DNA from: Nitrospiraceae bacterium
GTDB lineage: Bacteria > Nitrospirota > Nitrospiria > Nitrospirales > Nitrospiraceae
DNA: 64,000 bases
Direction of reading: 5' to 3'
Assembly (NCBI GenBank): GCA_037442105.1
Contig: JBBIQV010000011.1
Location: 1 to 64,000, forward strand
Of the stretch, positions 40,075 to 51,142 are shown one piece after another (position 1 is the first letter of the stretch; each line of letters begins with the position of its first letter). Below the pieces are notes generated by a model. It ran no database searches, had not been told where the DNA came from, and saw only the letters and a program-made list of their open reading frames with translations. The position numbers were made by a program, and so were the translations under genes.

Positions 40075-40965
40075 ATGCCTAGCTTGCAATCACTCCGCCG
40101 CAAGATTGCGGCGGTCAAGAACACCCAGAAGATCACCAAGGCCATGAAGATGGTGGCCGCGGCGAAGCTCAAGCGCGCGCAGGATCGGATTCTCGCGGCG
40201 CGGCCCTACGGTCACAAAATGCGCGGCGTCATCAGCAACCTGAGCCGGCGTGTGAACCGGTCGTCCCATCCCCTTCTCCAGAAACGCGAAGGCAAACGGG
40301 TGGAAGTGCTGGTGGTCACAAGCGATCGCGGACTGTGCGGCGGCTTCAACGCGAACATCGTCCGCAAAGCCGTCGAGTTCTTGCGCCAAAGCGAAGCGCG
40401 GGGCAGCCGGGTCAACCTCAGCATCGTTGGGCGCAAAGGTCGCGACTATTTCCGCCGGCGGCCCTGGCCGATTCGCCAGGAATGGATGGGTATCTTCGAT
40501 CGCCTGAGCTACGAGCACGCCATCGATATGGGGCAGGATCTGATCGACAACTTCACGAAGGGCGCATTCGACGAGCTCTACGTGATCTACAACGAATTCA
40601 AGTCGGCGATTCAGCAGCGAGTCATTGTCGAGAAGCTATTCCCGGTCGACGCCTCGGTCGAGTTCGGGGCCGGAGCGCAGGACGCGGAAAGAACTGAGGC
40701 CTCTGGGGGAAGCTACCTCTACGAACCGGAAGAGGACGAGTTGCTCGCCGCCCTCCTGCCCAAACATTTTCAGACGCAGGCGTTCCGCATCCTACTGGAG
40801 TCCTCCGCCGCCGAGCACGGCGCACGGATGGCAGCCATGGACGGCGCGACGAGGAATGCCGGCGAGCTGATCAAGAAAGTGACGCTGTATTACAACAAGA
40901 CTCGGCAGGCCGCCATCACCAAGGAACTGATGGACATCGTCGGCGGTGCGGAAGCGTTGAAGTAA
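40075..40965 (+). CDS. atpG: ATP synthase F1 subunit gamma
   Basis: KITKAMKMVAAAK, SDRGLCG, RQAAITKEL. Confidence 0.99.
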   Translation: MPSLQSLRRKIAAVKNTQKITKAMKMVAAAKLKRAQDRILAARPYGHKMRGVISNLSRRVNRSSHPLLQKREGKRVEVLVVTSDRGLCGGFNANIVRKAVEFLRQSEARGSRVNLSIVGRKGRDYFRRRPWPIRQEWMGIFDRLSYEHAIDMGQDLIDNFTKGAFDELYVIYNEFKSAIQQRVIVEKLFPVDASVEFGAGAQDAERTEASGGSYLYEPEEDELLAALLPKHFQTQAFRILLESSAAEHGARMAAMDGATRNAGELIKKVTLYYNKTRQAAITKELMDIVGGAEALK

Positions 40966-40972
40966 GAACGCG

Positions 40973-41046
40973 GTCATTCGTCAAACGTCATCGGTCAATC
41001 GAGCTGCTCCCATCATACGATTGACGATTGACCGTTGACGATTGAC
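40973..41046. repeat. Inverted heptamer-array hairpin between atpG and atpD
   Basis: GTCATTC GTCAAAC GTCATCG GTCAATC, a loop, then GATTGAC GATTGAC CGTTGAC GATTGAC. Confidence 0.85.
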
Positions 41047-41053
41047 GGATTGA

Positions 41054-42507
<1,454 letters not shown>

Positions 42508-42508
<1 letters not shown>

Positions 42509-42537
42509 GCACGAGACGGCTGAGTCGATCTCGTGCT
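42508..42537. other. Stem-loop between atpD and atpC
   Basis: AGCACGAGA...TCTCGTGCT 9-bp perfect stem. Confidence 0.5.
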
Positions 42538-42627
42538 CGCAGGCCCCGCGTTTCAGGAAGCGCTCGGTCGATGCGCGCAGAAGAGATCGGCCCAGCCGCC
42601 TCTCAGACTTGAGAGAAAAGGGAGAAC

Positions 42628-43050
42628 ATGGCGGGAAAGTTACTGTTAGAAGTGGTGACGCCGGAGAAGCTCCTCCTAAGTAAAGAGGTAGACGAAGTCA
42701 TCGCTCCTGGCTCGGAGGGAGAGTTCGGGGTGCTGCCCGGCCACTGCCACTTGCTTTCGACGCTGCGGATCGGCGAACTCCGCTACCGCGTCGGCGATCA
42801 GACGAGCTATATGTCTGTCCTCTGGGGTTATGTCGAAGTGACACCGGCGAAGGTCACCATCATGGCAGAGATCGCCGAGAAGGCCGAGGACATCGATGTC
42901 GAGCGCGCCCATGCAGCGGTGGAGAAGGCCGAGCAGCGCCTCCAAATGGGCGGCCTCCCATCCGAACTCAAAGATGCGCAGATTAGCCTCGAAAAAGCCC
43001 GTCTCCGGAAGAAGATCGCCGAACGTGCGCGACGCACGACCCACATCTAG
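42628..43050 (+). CDS. atpC: ATP synthase F1 subunit epsilon
   Basis: LEVVTPEK, GEFGVLPGH, DIDVERA. Confidence 0.97.
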   Translation: MAGKLLLEVVTPEKLLLSKEVDEVIAPGSEGEFGVLPGHCHLLSTLRIGELRYRVGDQTSYMSVLWGYVEVTPAKVTIMAEIAEKAEDIDVERAHAAVEKAEQRLQMGGLPSELKDAQISLEKARLRKKIAERARRTTHI

Positions 43051-43276
43051 TCCATCGTGGGGAGATAGTGCTCGGCACGACCGGCTCCTTTCCCTGACAA
43101 GTCTTATCTCACGAAGCAAGCACCAACAGGCTACTTGGCCTTCCCGACAGAATGATCATTCGGCAGCTCCCCTTCCGGATGACCAGGGCAAGAGTCATTG
43201 GAGCATGCGAGGAAGAGCCGTGCGATCGGCCGTTCGTTCGACCTTCGATGCACCACACTAAGGAGGATCGATCATC

Positions 43277-44149
43277 ATGCAACCAGACGAGTTCCCCCGG
43301 TTGCTTCGCGTCCTGGAGAACCAGAAAGGGTCCTTCGATCCCCAGCTCGTGATGTACGATAACGTGTTCCGATCGGAGTATCTCCATTTCGGCTACTGGC
43401 CTCCGGAAGACGCGAAGGAGACGGACCTGCTCAGCGATTTTCGCTTGGCGCAAGAGCGTTTCGCCGATGAACTGCTGGCCTGTCTCCCCGCAGGTTCCCA
43501 GCGCGTGCTGGATGTCGGTGCCGGATTGGGTCGGCTGTCAGGAGAAATGGCTTGCCGCGGACATTCTGTAACTGCTGTGACACCCTGCTCGTACCAAGCA
43601 GAACGGATTGCCGCCAACTACCCACGTGTCAGCGTGCAGCACGGACTGTTCCAGACAGTCGGACAGACTCTGCTTCCCGCCAGTTTTGACGTCATCCTGT
43701 TCTCGGAGAGCTTCCGGTATATGCCGCTCACGCAAGTGTTTCCCCTCCTTGATCGTCTCCTCACCCGGAACGGCTCTGTCCTGATCGGGGACTGGTTCGC
43801 ACAGAATACGGCGAGGGCTGGACGCGGCCATGATCATAACGAAGCAGTCTTCCGGAGACTCGCACAGGGTAACGGATGGACCATTGTGTCTGAGCGTGAC
43901 GTGACCGCGAACATTCTGCCAACGGTCAGGCTAGCACACAATGTCCTCTGCGACCTCTATTTGCCGCTGGTCGGGTTTGTGCTTGCCAAGTTTGCCCAGA
44001 AGCGACCGACCCTCTTCAGATTCTGCTCTTCGTGGATGATCAGATGGATCGAAAAGAAAGTGTTGCCGCAACTATCTTGGCGTTTCGAGCCGACCGTTTT
44101 CGCCGCACACTACCGGTATCTCTTTTTGGTTTTACGGCGAACCACCTGA
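43277..44149 (+). CDS. Class I SAM-dependent methyltransferase (sterol/tocopherol/cyclopropane-synthase-like)
   Basis: YLHFGYW, VLDVGAGLG, FDVILFSES; RBS AAGGAGG. Confidence 0.85.
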   Translation: MQPDEFPRLLRVLENQKGSFDPQLVMYDNVFRSEYLHFGYWPPEDAKETDLLSDFRLAQERFADELLACLPAGSQRVLDVGAGLGRLSGEMACRGHSVTAVTPCSYQAERIAANYPRVSVQHGLFQTVGQTLLPASFDVILFSESFRYMPLTQVFPLLDRLLTRNGSVLIGDWFAQNTARAGRGHDHNEAVFRRLAQGNGWTIVSERDVTANILPTVRLAHNVLCDLYLPLVGFVLAKFAQKRPTLFRFCSSWMIRWIEKKVLPQLSWRFEPTVFAAHYRYLFLVLRRTT

Positions 44150-44192
44150 CCCCGGCTGGCTACAGTCTTGCAGTCACAGCGAAAGTCGGCTC

Positions 44193-44768
44193 CTACCGTC
44201 CCAGCGGAATCTCGATCACAAGCCCGCCCATGACGTCGTGCAACTTGAAATCTCTTTTCGTACTACGCGGGTGAGCATTGTGACAGCCGATGCAGGCTTG
44301 CGTGACGGCACGATCGGCGTAGATAGCTTGAAAGTACCGCTCTTCCCCGATCGTGATGGTGCCTGTGGAAGACCGCTCGGGATGTTCACCGACCTCTTCG
44401 AGGCCTTTCTTCTCGAACTCGCTCGACGGGCCATTATGCGGATTGATCGGCCAGAGACTGATGAGGCGGTACCGCACGCTCGTGCCGGTCATTGCCGCCA
44501 AGTCGCTGGCTTCCGCGAGGAACTGCGCCGGTAACGGCAACGACTTTTTGTCGGTTCGCCAGGTCTCCGATGCGGAGGGCCCACCCTGTTTCTGCATCCG
44601 TTCGACGACGTGGATCGTGTAAAACGTACGATCGGCTTCAATGACAGCGTGGATATAGTCCGCCACCGTTTCCGGTGGAATGCCCGGCAGGTCCGCCGCC
44701 TGTGTCTCCCCCAAGAGTCCGGAAAAGATGGCCAGCAACGTGCTTAACGTGGCGACTGTCGCTCTCAT
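44193..44768 (-). CDS. Periplasmic c-type heme protein (DUF3365/Tll0287-like)
   Basis: Signal peptide; LPLPAQF, ISLWPIN, CIGCH heme motif, DVMGGL. Confidence 0.85.
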   Translation of the reverse strand: MRATVATLSTLLAIFSGLLGETQAADLPGIPPETVADYIHAVIEADRTFYTIHVVERMQKQGGPSASETWRTDKKSLPLPAQFLAEASDLAAMTGTSVRYRLISLWPINPHNGPSSEFEKKGLEEVGEHPERSSTGTITIGEERYFQAIYADRAVTQACIGCHNAHPRSTKRDFKLHDVMGGLVIEIPLGR

Positions 44769-44944
44769 GGCTGTGCCTCCTCCTGTTGGTTTGGACCAGC
44801 CCCGCTGGTTCCACAATAGTCCGATTCGAGGGAAGAGGCAAACGGGCGATTCCCGTTGGTGGCTGATGAGTCTTCTTCCGGATTGCAATTCATCAGGGTG
44901 CTGAAGTAGCGTTGATTGGTTATGCGAGAGAGTGCACTCCGAAT

Positions 44945-45922
44945 ATGCAAACAGAGCTGATTGTCACGGCCGGGGAGGTGCCGAAGCGGTTGGATGTCTT
45001 TCTGGTCAACCGTGAGCCGAAGTTGTCGCGATCGGCCTTGCAGCGGTTGATCGAAGAAGGTCGTGTCAGGATCAACGGCCAAATCGTCAAGCCCAGCCAG
45101 AAGATCAGACCCGGTGACCTGATCACGTTTGACGTCCCTAAAGCGGAACCACTGGAGCTCAAGGGCGAGGCGATCACCCTCGACATTTTGTTTGAGGACG
45201 ACGCGCTGCTTGTCCTCAACAAACCGGCGGGACTTGTCGTGCACCCCGCGCCTGGCCATTGGTCCGGCACACTGGTCAATGCGCTGCTCCACTACTTTCA
45301 GACTTCCGGCGGAACCCTGTCAACGATCGGCGGGAAAGAGCGGCCGGGTCTCGTCCATCGCCTGGATAAAGAAACGTCGGGCGTGATGGTGATCGCCAAG
45401 ACCGATCAGGCCCATCGAAGTCTTGCCGCCCAATTCAAGCACCACACGATCACGCGGGCCTATGAGGCGCTGGTGTGGGGCGTGCCGAAGAAAGGACATG
45501 GCTTGATCGAGCTGGCAATTGGGCGAGATAAGAAAGAGCGGAAGAAGTTTTCGACACGCACCGCGCGGCCGAAGGAATCGGCGACCGAATACCAAGTCGA
45601 GCATCGCTTCGGAAAGCTCGCTGCACAGGTGATGCTGTTGCCACGAACAGGACGGACGCATCAACTTCGCGTACATCTCACCTGTCTCGGCCATCCGATT
45701 CTTGGCGATCCGGCTTATGGAGGCCGCAAGGTTAGCCTGATTGAAGACCTCAAGATCCCGCGCGTGATGTTGCATGCGCGCACGTTGGGCTTCACGCATC
45801 CCACCACCGGCGCCCATCAGGAATACACCGTGCCCCTCCCACCCGATATGGAATCGGTTCGTCAGGCCCTCCAGCTTCTCGCCGTCAGTAGGAGACCGCT
45901 GAAGGTAGCGGCAGAGTCTTGA
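44945..45922 (+). CDS. rluD: RluA/RluD-family pseudouridine synthase
   Basis: S4 domain; NKPAGLVVHP, VHRLDKETSG, TGRTHQLRVH. Confidence 0.92.
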   Translation: MQTELIVTAGEVPKRLDVFLVNREPKLSRSALQRLIEEGRVRINGQIVKPSQKIRPGDLITFDVPKAEPLELKGEAITLDILFEDDALLVLNKPAGLVVHPAPGHWSGTLVNALLHYFQTSGGTLSTIGGKERPGLVHRLDKETSGVMVIAKTDQAHRSLAAQFKHHTITRAYEALVWGVPKKGHGLIELAIGRDKKERKKFSTRTARPKESATEYQVEHRFGKLAAQVMLLPRTGRTHQLRVHLTCLGHPILGDPAYGGRKVSLIEDLKIPRVMLHARTLGFTHPTTGAHQEYTVPLPPDMESVRQALQLLAVSRRPLKVAAES

Positions 45923-45972
45923 CAGAGTCGGCACGTGAGCGTATCAGACTCCTGCAATGTTGGAGGTTCGCC

Positions 45973-46395
45973 GTGGACACAAGCGAGGTGCTGGATATGT
46001 TTGGCGGGCTGACCTCTCAGCTCAAGAGCTATGCGGCTAAGCTCCCGGCCGTGGTCCACCTCAGCGCCGTGCCGTCCGGCATGAAACCGAAACCGGAAGC
46101 GATCGATGCCTACGAAGCGGCGGTTTCACGCTTTCGCAATCAGTGCGGCGGCACCGTGTATAAGGGGCTGAATGAACCGTTCATTGAATCGCTGGAAGCA
46201 TTCGAAGCGGGCAAGCTGTTGGCTTCTGTGCAACCCTTACTGGCCGTGCTCGATCATCTGGATCGAATGCGGCGCGACAAAGAAATCAAAGTGAGTCCGG
46301 CAGATGAGAAACGGATGGCCGAGTATCGGACGGCGCTGCAGAAGATTCTGCCAGGAAACAAGCCGGAGCTGGAAGGAGCCGGGCGCGGCATGTAG
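45973..46395 (+). CDS. Hypothetical helical protein
   Basis: RBS GGAGG before GTG; typical codon usage. Confidence 0.7.
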   Translation: MDTSEVLDMFGGLTSQLKSYAAKLPAVVHLSAVPSGMKPKPEAIDAYEAAVSRFRNQCGGTVYKGLNEPFIESLEAFEAGKLLASVQPLLAVLDHLDRMRRDKEIKVSPADEKRMAEYRTALQKILPGNKPELEGAGRGM

Positions 46396-46428
46396 GTACG
46401 CCGATTCTCAATGAGCAACTTTCAGTTT

Positions 46429-46608
46429 TTAGTGGCCCATCTTGGGGCCGGCTGCCGTGTTACCCTGTGTGACGAGCTTGAGCCGGATGGTTTGCTGACA
46501 ATGAGGACAAGTTGTTCGGACGGTGTTCTCATCAACCGGTTCCCATTGCTCTTCCTTGAGCCACATCAGCTTGAAGCACTTCGGACAGCTACGCACTTGT
46601 GTTGCCAT
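46429..46608 (-). CDS. Small zinc-ribbon protein (59 aa)
   Basis: CPKC...CPHC. Confidence 0.75.
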   Translation of the reverse strand: MATQVRSCPKCFKLMWLKEEQWEPVDENTVRTTCPHCQQTIRLKLVTQGNTAAGPKMGH

Positions 46609-46674
46609 ACGACAATCCTCACCCACAAGAGATCTTGCTCGACGATCATTGCGAAACGAGACGTAATGTAATAT

Positions 46675-47109
46675 ATGAGGCCCTCCACCCTCAAGACCAT
46701 GGTCACATTCTCCGAGCGGAAGGACATCGATCCTGCACAGCTTGTGCGGTTATACCGGCAGGCGCCCTGGGCCCAAGGGCGCACGCTGGAGGATGCGCGC
46801 GCCATGCTGAGCCACACTGATGTTGTGATCTCGGCTTGGGATGGCGACAAACTGGTGGGATTCGGGCGTGTCCTGACGGATTACACCTACCGAGCGTCGA
46901 TTTGGGACGTGATCGTAGACAAGTCCTACCAGGGGCAGAAGATCGGCACCGAACTCGTCCAGCGGATTCTCCACCACCCCAGCCTCAAGAAGGTCGAACT
47001 CTTCTGGCTATGCACCCGCATGCCCGGCTTCTATGAAAAACTCGGCTTCAGTTCCAAAGATCAGACCGGGATGGTGTGGGCACGGTCCAAGCATGCGCGT
47101 CTCGAATAA
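46675..47109 (+). CDS. GNAT family N-acetyltransferase
   Basis: LVGFGRV, DVIVDKSYQGQKIG, GFYEKLGF. Confidence 0.9.
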   Translation: MRPSTLKTMVTFSERKDIDPAQLVRLYRQAPWAQGRTLEDARAMLSHTDVVISAWDGDKLVGFGRVLTDYTYRASIWDVIVDKSYQGQKIGTELVQRILHHPSLKKVELFWLCTRMPGFYEKLGFSSKDQTGMVWARSKHARLE

Positions 47110-47136
47110 GCATACACGTCGGCCGTCCCGCTTCGG

Positions 47137-47781
47137 TCAGAAAAACATCCTGACACCAAAGAGGAAGCCGAAGGAGGAAGCGTTCCAATCGTCGGAACGC
47201 GCGCCGTTGACGGTCACGTGTCCATCATTGCGCTTGTAGGCCATCTCGGTGTTGAGTGCGAGCTTGGAGGTCAAGAAGTAGTCTCCGCCCCAGGCGAGCC
47301 GCCACGCGAAATTGTTGCTGGGAGATATCCGGCTGTTCGTGTTCTCGCTAAAACTGTTCACGCTCACGCCGAAGCCCATGGACACATAGGGAGTAATCGG
47401 GCCGAACCGCGCAGGACGAAGCTCGATCGTCGGCAGTACCGATACGGTGTCTTGATGGCCGAGGTCCACGGTCGGTCGTTCCTGATCCACCGCCCGCCGC
47501 TCCCAATCGAGCGTCAAGCCCAAAGACAACCAGTCGTTCACGCTATACAGCCCCTGCAGGTTGACCAGCGAGCCGATGTCCGTTCCAAAGTTCGTCCGCA
47601 GGGACTGAGTCAGGGGCGAGAATCCCGCACGAACGCCCATCACCCACTTCCCCGATCTGGTCCCACCTGATGTCCACTGCCATGCTTCCTCACCATGTGC
47701 CGAGCCCAGGACGCTGAAGATTCCAGCAACACTGCACACCATCAACGCGATCATCACTCGACGAACACGAACTGCCCACAT
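47137..47781 (-). CDS. Outer-membrane beta-barrel protein (OmpW/OmpA-TM-like)
   Basis: Signal peptide; alternating beta strands (PYVSMGFG, GGDYF); C-terminal Phe. Confidence 0.8.
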   Translation of the reverse strand: MWAVRVRRVMIALMVCSVAGIFSVLGSAHGEEAWQWTSGGTRSGKWVMGVRAGFSPLTQSLRTNFGTDIGSLVNLQGLYSVNDWLSLGLTLDWERRAVDQERPTVDLGHQDTVSVLPTIELRPARFGPITPYVSMGFGVSVNSFSENTNSRISPSNNFAWRLAWGGDYFLTSKLALNTEMAYKRNDGHVTVNGARSDDWNASSFGFLFGVRMFF

Positions 47782-47832
47782 ACTACGCCTCCCTGTTCGA
47801 AACAATTAAGTCGAGAAATCACGGTCTTGACG

Positions 47833-47847
47833 GCAAGTCTCGTGCCG
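47833..47847 (-). promoter_or_regulatory. Sigma-54 (-24/-12) promoter
   Basis: Minus strand CGGCAC-GAGAC-TTGC. Confidence 0.65.
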
Positions 47848-48082
47848 GTGTGACTCGTCCTTAATGGGTTTAATACAAAAGCCGAAACCGAGCAATCTTA
47901 CACGAAGAGGGGTTTCTCTACACCAAGGACCAGCACTTGCTGTTCCGGTGATTCCGCATCGATGTGTTTGTAATGTGAGCCAGCATGCAGGTGATTGCCT
48001 ACAGGCTTGGTCATCCGCTCCCTCTGTGATTCGCCATATCTACATTTTTCTGACACGGGACCGAGAAGTCCAACGGAGAAGA

Positions 48083-48904
48083 TCAGTGTGCATGAGCGTG
48101 CCTAAGGCGTTTAGGTGAGAAGAGCACGGACAGAAAGAAGCACGTCGTGGCGAGGAGCACAATCGCCGGACCGGAGGGAAAATCCCATGCATAGGAGAGC
48201 AACACACCACCGACCGCACATCCGACCCCAATGATAGTGGAATAAACCGTCATGCGGAACAGGCTATGAGTAAGCTGATAAGCCGTGGAGGCGGGAATGA
48301 GTATCATCGCAAAGACCAATATCGCGCCGACCGTCTTGAGCGACACGACGACTGTCAGCGCCACGAGGCTGAGCAGGAGAAAAAATATCCTCCGCGCCGG
48401 CACACCTGACGCCTCCGCCATTTCCTGGTCGAAGGCAATGAAGTAGAGTTCTTTCGAGAACAATGCAATCACGCCGAACACCAGCAGGCTAAGCGACAGG
48501 ATCGTGCCCATCTCCTCGCGTGTGACCGACAACACGCTGCCAAACAGATAACCATATACTTCCGCGTTGTAGGTTTTCATCAGGCCGATGAACAGAATGG
48601 CCAGCGCCATAGTCGTGGTGTAGAGAATACCGATCGAGACATCGAGTTTCATCCGGCCTCGTTCTTCCATCATGCCGGTGATCCAAACCGTGATGAGCCC
48701 GAAGACAATCGCCAGCGCCAGCGGCGGCAACCCGATAAGGTAGGCCAGCGTCACTCCGGCAAAAGCAGCGTGGGCCGTTCCAGCCCCGACGAACGCCAGC
48801 CCGCGCAGGACAACGAATACGCCGATCACCGAACAGAGCGCCCCCACAAGCCCCGCCGCCAGCAGCGACCGTTGCATAAAATCGTACGAGAGCATTTCGA
48901 GCAT
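48083..48904 (-). CDS. Zn/Mn ABC transporter permease (ZnuB/MntB-like)
   Basis: ABC-3 motifs (YLFGSVL, VGAILV, PSGPAIV). Confidence 0.93.
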   Translation of the reverse strand: MLEMLSYDFMQRSLLAAGLVGALCSVIGVFVVLRGLAFVGAGTAHAAFAGVTLAYLIGLPPLALAIVFGLITVWITGMMEERGRMKLDVSIGILYTTTMALAILFIGLMKTYNAEVYGYLFGSVLSVTREEMGTILSLSLLVFGVIALFSKELYFIAFDQEMAEASGVPARRIFFLLLSLVALTVVVSLKTVGAILVFAMILIPASTAYQLTHSLFRMTVYSTIIGVGCAVGGVLLSYAWDFPSGPAIVLLATTCFFLSVLFSPKRLRHAHAH

Positions 48905-48923
48905 ACCAGACTCAGGTGAAGCG

Positions 48924-49703
48924 TTAGTGGTGGTGATAATCTTCGACGATGACCATATCTTTCTCTGTGATCACGAGATCCTTGCCGTAGACCTCGTGAA
49001 GGATATCCGGCTTGAGAACTTGGTTCGGCGGACCGGCTGCAAACAGGCGGGTCTTGAGCAGCACCAGACGATCCACTCGGAAGCGAATCATGTTGATGTC
49101 ATGGGTGATGAGCAGCACGGTGAGCCCAAGTTCGCGGTGCAGGTGTTGCACAAGTTCGACGACACTGTGTTGCGTGGTGATGTCCAACCCGGTAGTGGGT
49201 TCATCCAGCAGGAGGACTTGCGGTTGTTGGGCCAGGGCGCGGGCGATCAAGACGCGCTGCTGCTGGCCGCCCGAGAGGTGCCCGAGCGCCGTGTCACGGT
49301 GCGCCTCCATTCCCACATGAGCCAACGCTTCGAGCGCGAGTTCGCGATCACGCCGTCCCGGCCGCCTGAACAGGCCGAGTGCGCCGTACCGGCCCATCAT
49401 CACCGCTTCGAGGACGGTGACCGGGAAATTCCGATCGATCATGCCCTTCTGAGGTAAGTAGCCGATCTTGGCGCGATGATGGCAGCGCAGCTCCTCGCAC
49501 GAACAGTCAAAAATGCGGAGGTTTCCCTCGCGTGGCGCCATCAGTCCCAACACAGCCCGGCAAAGCGTCGTCTTCCCCGATCCGTTGGGGCCGATGACAC
49601 CCACGAACTCGCCCTCCTTGATATCGAGGCAGATATCCTGAAGGGCGATGACGCCAGGAAAGCCGAACGTGGCGTGATCAAACCGAATGATGGGCTTTGC
49701 CAT
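48924..49703 (-). CDS. Zn/Mn ABC transporter ATP-binding protein (ZnuC-like)
   Basis: GPNGSGKTT, IGYLPQK, LSGGQQQRV, LDEPT. Confidence 0.93.
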   Translation of the reverse strand: MAKPIIRFDHATFGFPGVIALQDICLDIKEGEFVGVIGPNGSGKTTLCRAVLGLMAPREGNLRIFDCSCEELRCHHRAKIGYLPQKGMIDRNFPVTVLEAVMMGRYGALGLFRRPGRRDRELALEALAHVGMEAHRDTALGHLSGGQQQRVLIARALAQQPQVLLLDEPTTGLDITTQHSVVELVQHLHRELGLTVLLITHDINMIRFRVDRLVLLKTRLFAAGPPNQVLKPDILHEVYGKDLVITEKDMVIVEDYHHH

Positions 49704-49736
49704 AAATTCGTACGAGTCAGAATGTGGAAAGTCTTA

Positions 49737-49942
49737 ACCCGCATTATTCATGAACGCTTCTGCTACAAACGCCTGTCTGCGTGTCCGCACAGGCAGGCGG
49801 ATACGCTGTTGCGACGGGCGTGCTCGCCACTCAGTCGGTCACCATACTGTTTCAAGTATGCCTCCCTCCTTCGTGGCTGCGCTTGCCCGTCTCACAACGC
49901 GTCTGCGCGTTTTCGCGACGAACCGTCATGAATAATGCGGGT
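49737..49942. mobile_element. MITE-like non-autonomous palindromic element (~206 bp)
   Basis: 17-bp perfect terminal inverted repeats ACCCGCATTATTCATGA / TCATGAATAATGCGGGT; flanking direct repeat AAAGTCTT; body folds as a long imperfect hairpin. Confidence 0.8.
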
Positions 49943-49995
49943 AAAGTCTTCGGACCCTTGAACTTGATGACCTTACGACCTTTCGAAACGATGCG

Positions 49996-50919
49996 CTATG
50001 ACGTTTCCAACGCTTGGGCTAATTGGAGCACATTATAGCGGAGCATGTCGAGGTAGGTCTCGGTGCCGGGCAGGGCGCCGGGCAGGGTCGTCAGCTTGAC
50101 CACCCGTGCGCCGGTTTCGTTGGCGAGGAGTTCGGGAATCTTTTGGTTCAGTTGGGGTTCGGAAACAATGACACGGATGCGATCTTTGCGGATCTTCGTG
50201 ATGAGGGCTTGCAGGTGATGGGCCGAAGGCTCAGCGCCCGGCTGCGTCTGGATCGTGCCGGCGATGTGAAGACCGAACCGCCGGGCGAAGTACGGCCATG
50301 CTGGATGATGCACGATAACACGGCGGTCCCGCACGGTGCTAAGCCGCTCGGTAAGATCCGCCCGCGCCCGGTCGAGCTGCCGCAGGTACACAGCCTGGTT
50401 ATTCCGGTACTCCCCGGCGTGGGCCGGATCGACTTTGATAAATGCCTCGGTGATGTGGCGCAGCATGGTCGCCGCGCTTTCCGGATCGAGCCATACATGG
50501 GGGTTGCCACCCTGCACGTCTTCGCGCGCCGGTGTCACCGATTCCTCGTGGCCAGGATGGTCTCGAACCAACCCGATCCCTTTCGAGGTGGTTACCACCA
50601 AGAGCTTGGGGTTGCCGGCGTTACGCACCAGCGAGCCGACCCAGACCTCGAGCCCCACCCCGATCTCGATGAACACCTGCGCTTTCCGCACCGCGATCAG
50701 ATCGCTGGGTTTCGGCGAGTAGGTATGCTCGTTTTCATATCCCGTCATGAGCGATGTGACACGCACGTGGGAACCACCGACTTGCTCCGCAAAGTCTTTC
50801 AGGACCGGCATGGTGACCACGACATTGATCGCCTCGGCTGCGAGCGCGAAGGGAGGAGAAACCTGGAAAAGGAGCGCCGTCAAGGCACTCGAAACGGCGA
50901 CGTAGGCCCTCGAAAACAT
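49996..50919 (-). CDS. Zn/Mn ABC transporter substrate-binding protein (ZnuA/TroA family)
   Basis: NEHTYSPKPSD, NPHVWLDP, HHPAWPYF. Confidence 0.93.
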   Translation of the reverse strand: MFSRAYVAVSSALTALLFQVSPPFALAAEAINVVVTMPVLKDFAEQVGGSHVRVTSLMTGYENEHTYSPKPSDLIAVRKAQVFIEIGVGLEVWVGSLVRNAGNPKLLVVTTSKGIGLVRDHPGHEESVTPAREDVQGGNPHVWLDPESAATMLRHITEAFIKVDPAHAGEYRNNQAVYLRQLDRARADLTERLSTVRDRRVIVHHPAWPYFARRFGLHIAGTIQTQPGAEPSAHHLQALITKIRKDRIRVIVSEPQLNQKIPELLANETGARVVKLTTLPGALPGTETYLDMLRYNVLQLAQALETS

Positions 50920-50925
50920 GGCGGG

Positions 50926-50954
50926 ACCGTAGCACTCGTCCTGGACAATGTCAA
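50926..50954 (-). promoter_or_regulatory. Sigma-70 promoter of the metal ABC operon
   Basis: Minus strand TTGACA-17 nt-TACGGT with TG extension, 6 nt before the ATG. Confidence 0.7.
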
Positions 50955-51142
50955 CGCGCGCTGCTTCGCTCCCTCCATTGTCCGCTTGACCCGATGGGGG
51001 ACTTCGATTAGCGTAGCGCCCGGTGTTGGATGAACCGCGCATCGTCGGTCGTCAACCGAGCAACACTCCCGGAAGATCGCATGTCCCGTGTCGTATTCAC
51101 GAATGACGAATGACCAATGATGATCGACGCCGAGGTATACAC

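Noticed and set aside
40973..41046. CRISPR array (also considered for the other short repeats)
   Set aside because: Units are 7 bp with no spacers, and there are no cas genes.
43051..43276. SAM or other riboswitch upstream of the methyltransferase
   Set aside because: No recognisable conserved aptamer motifs by eye; an Rfam scan would be needed.
49750..50038. ORFs of 61 and 85 aa in the SBP-ATPase spacer
   Set aside because: They are translations of the palindromic element, antisense to the operon, and lack an RBS.
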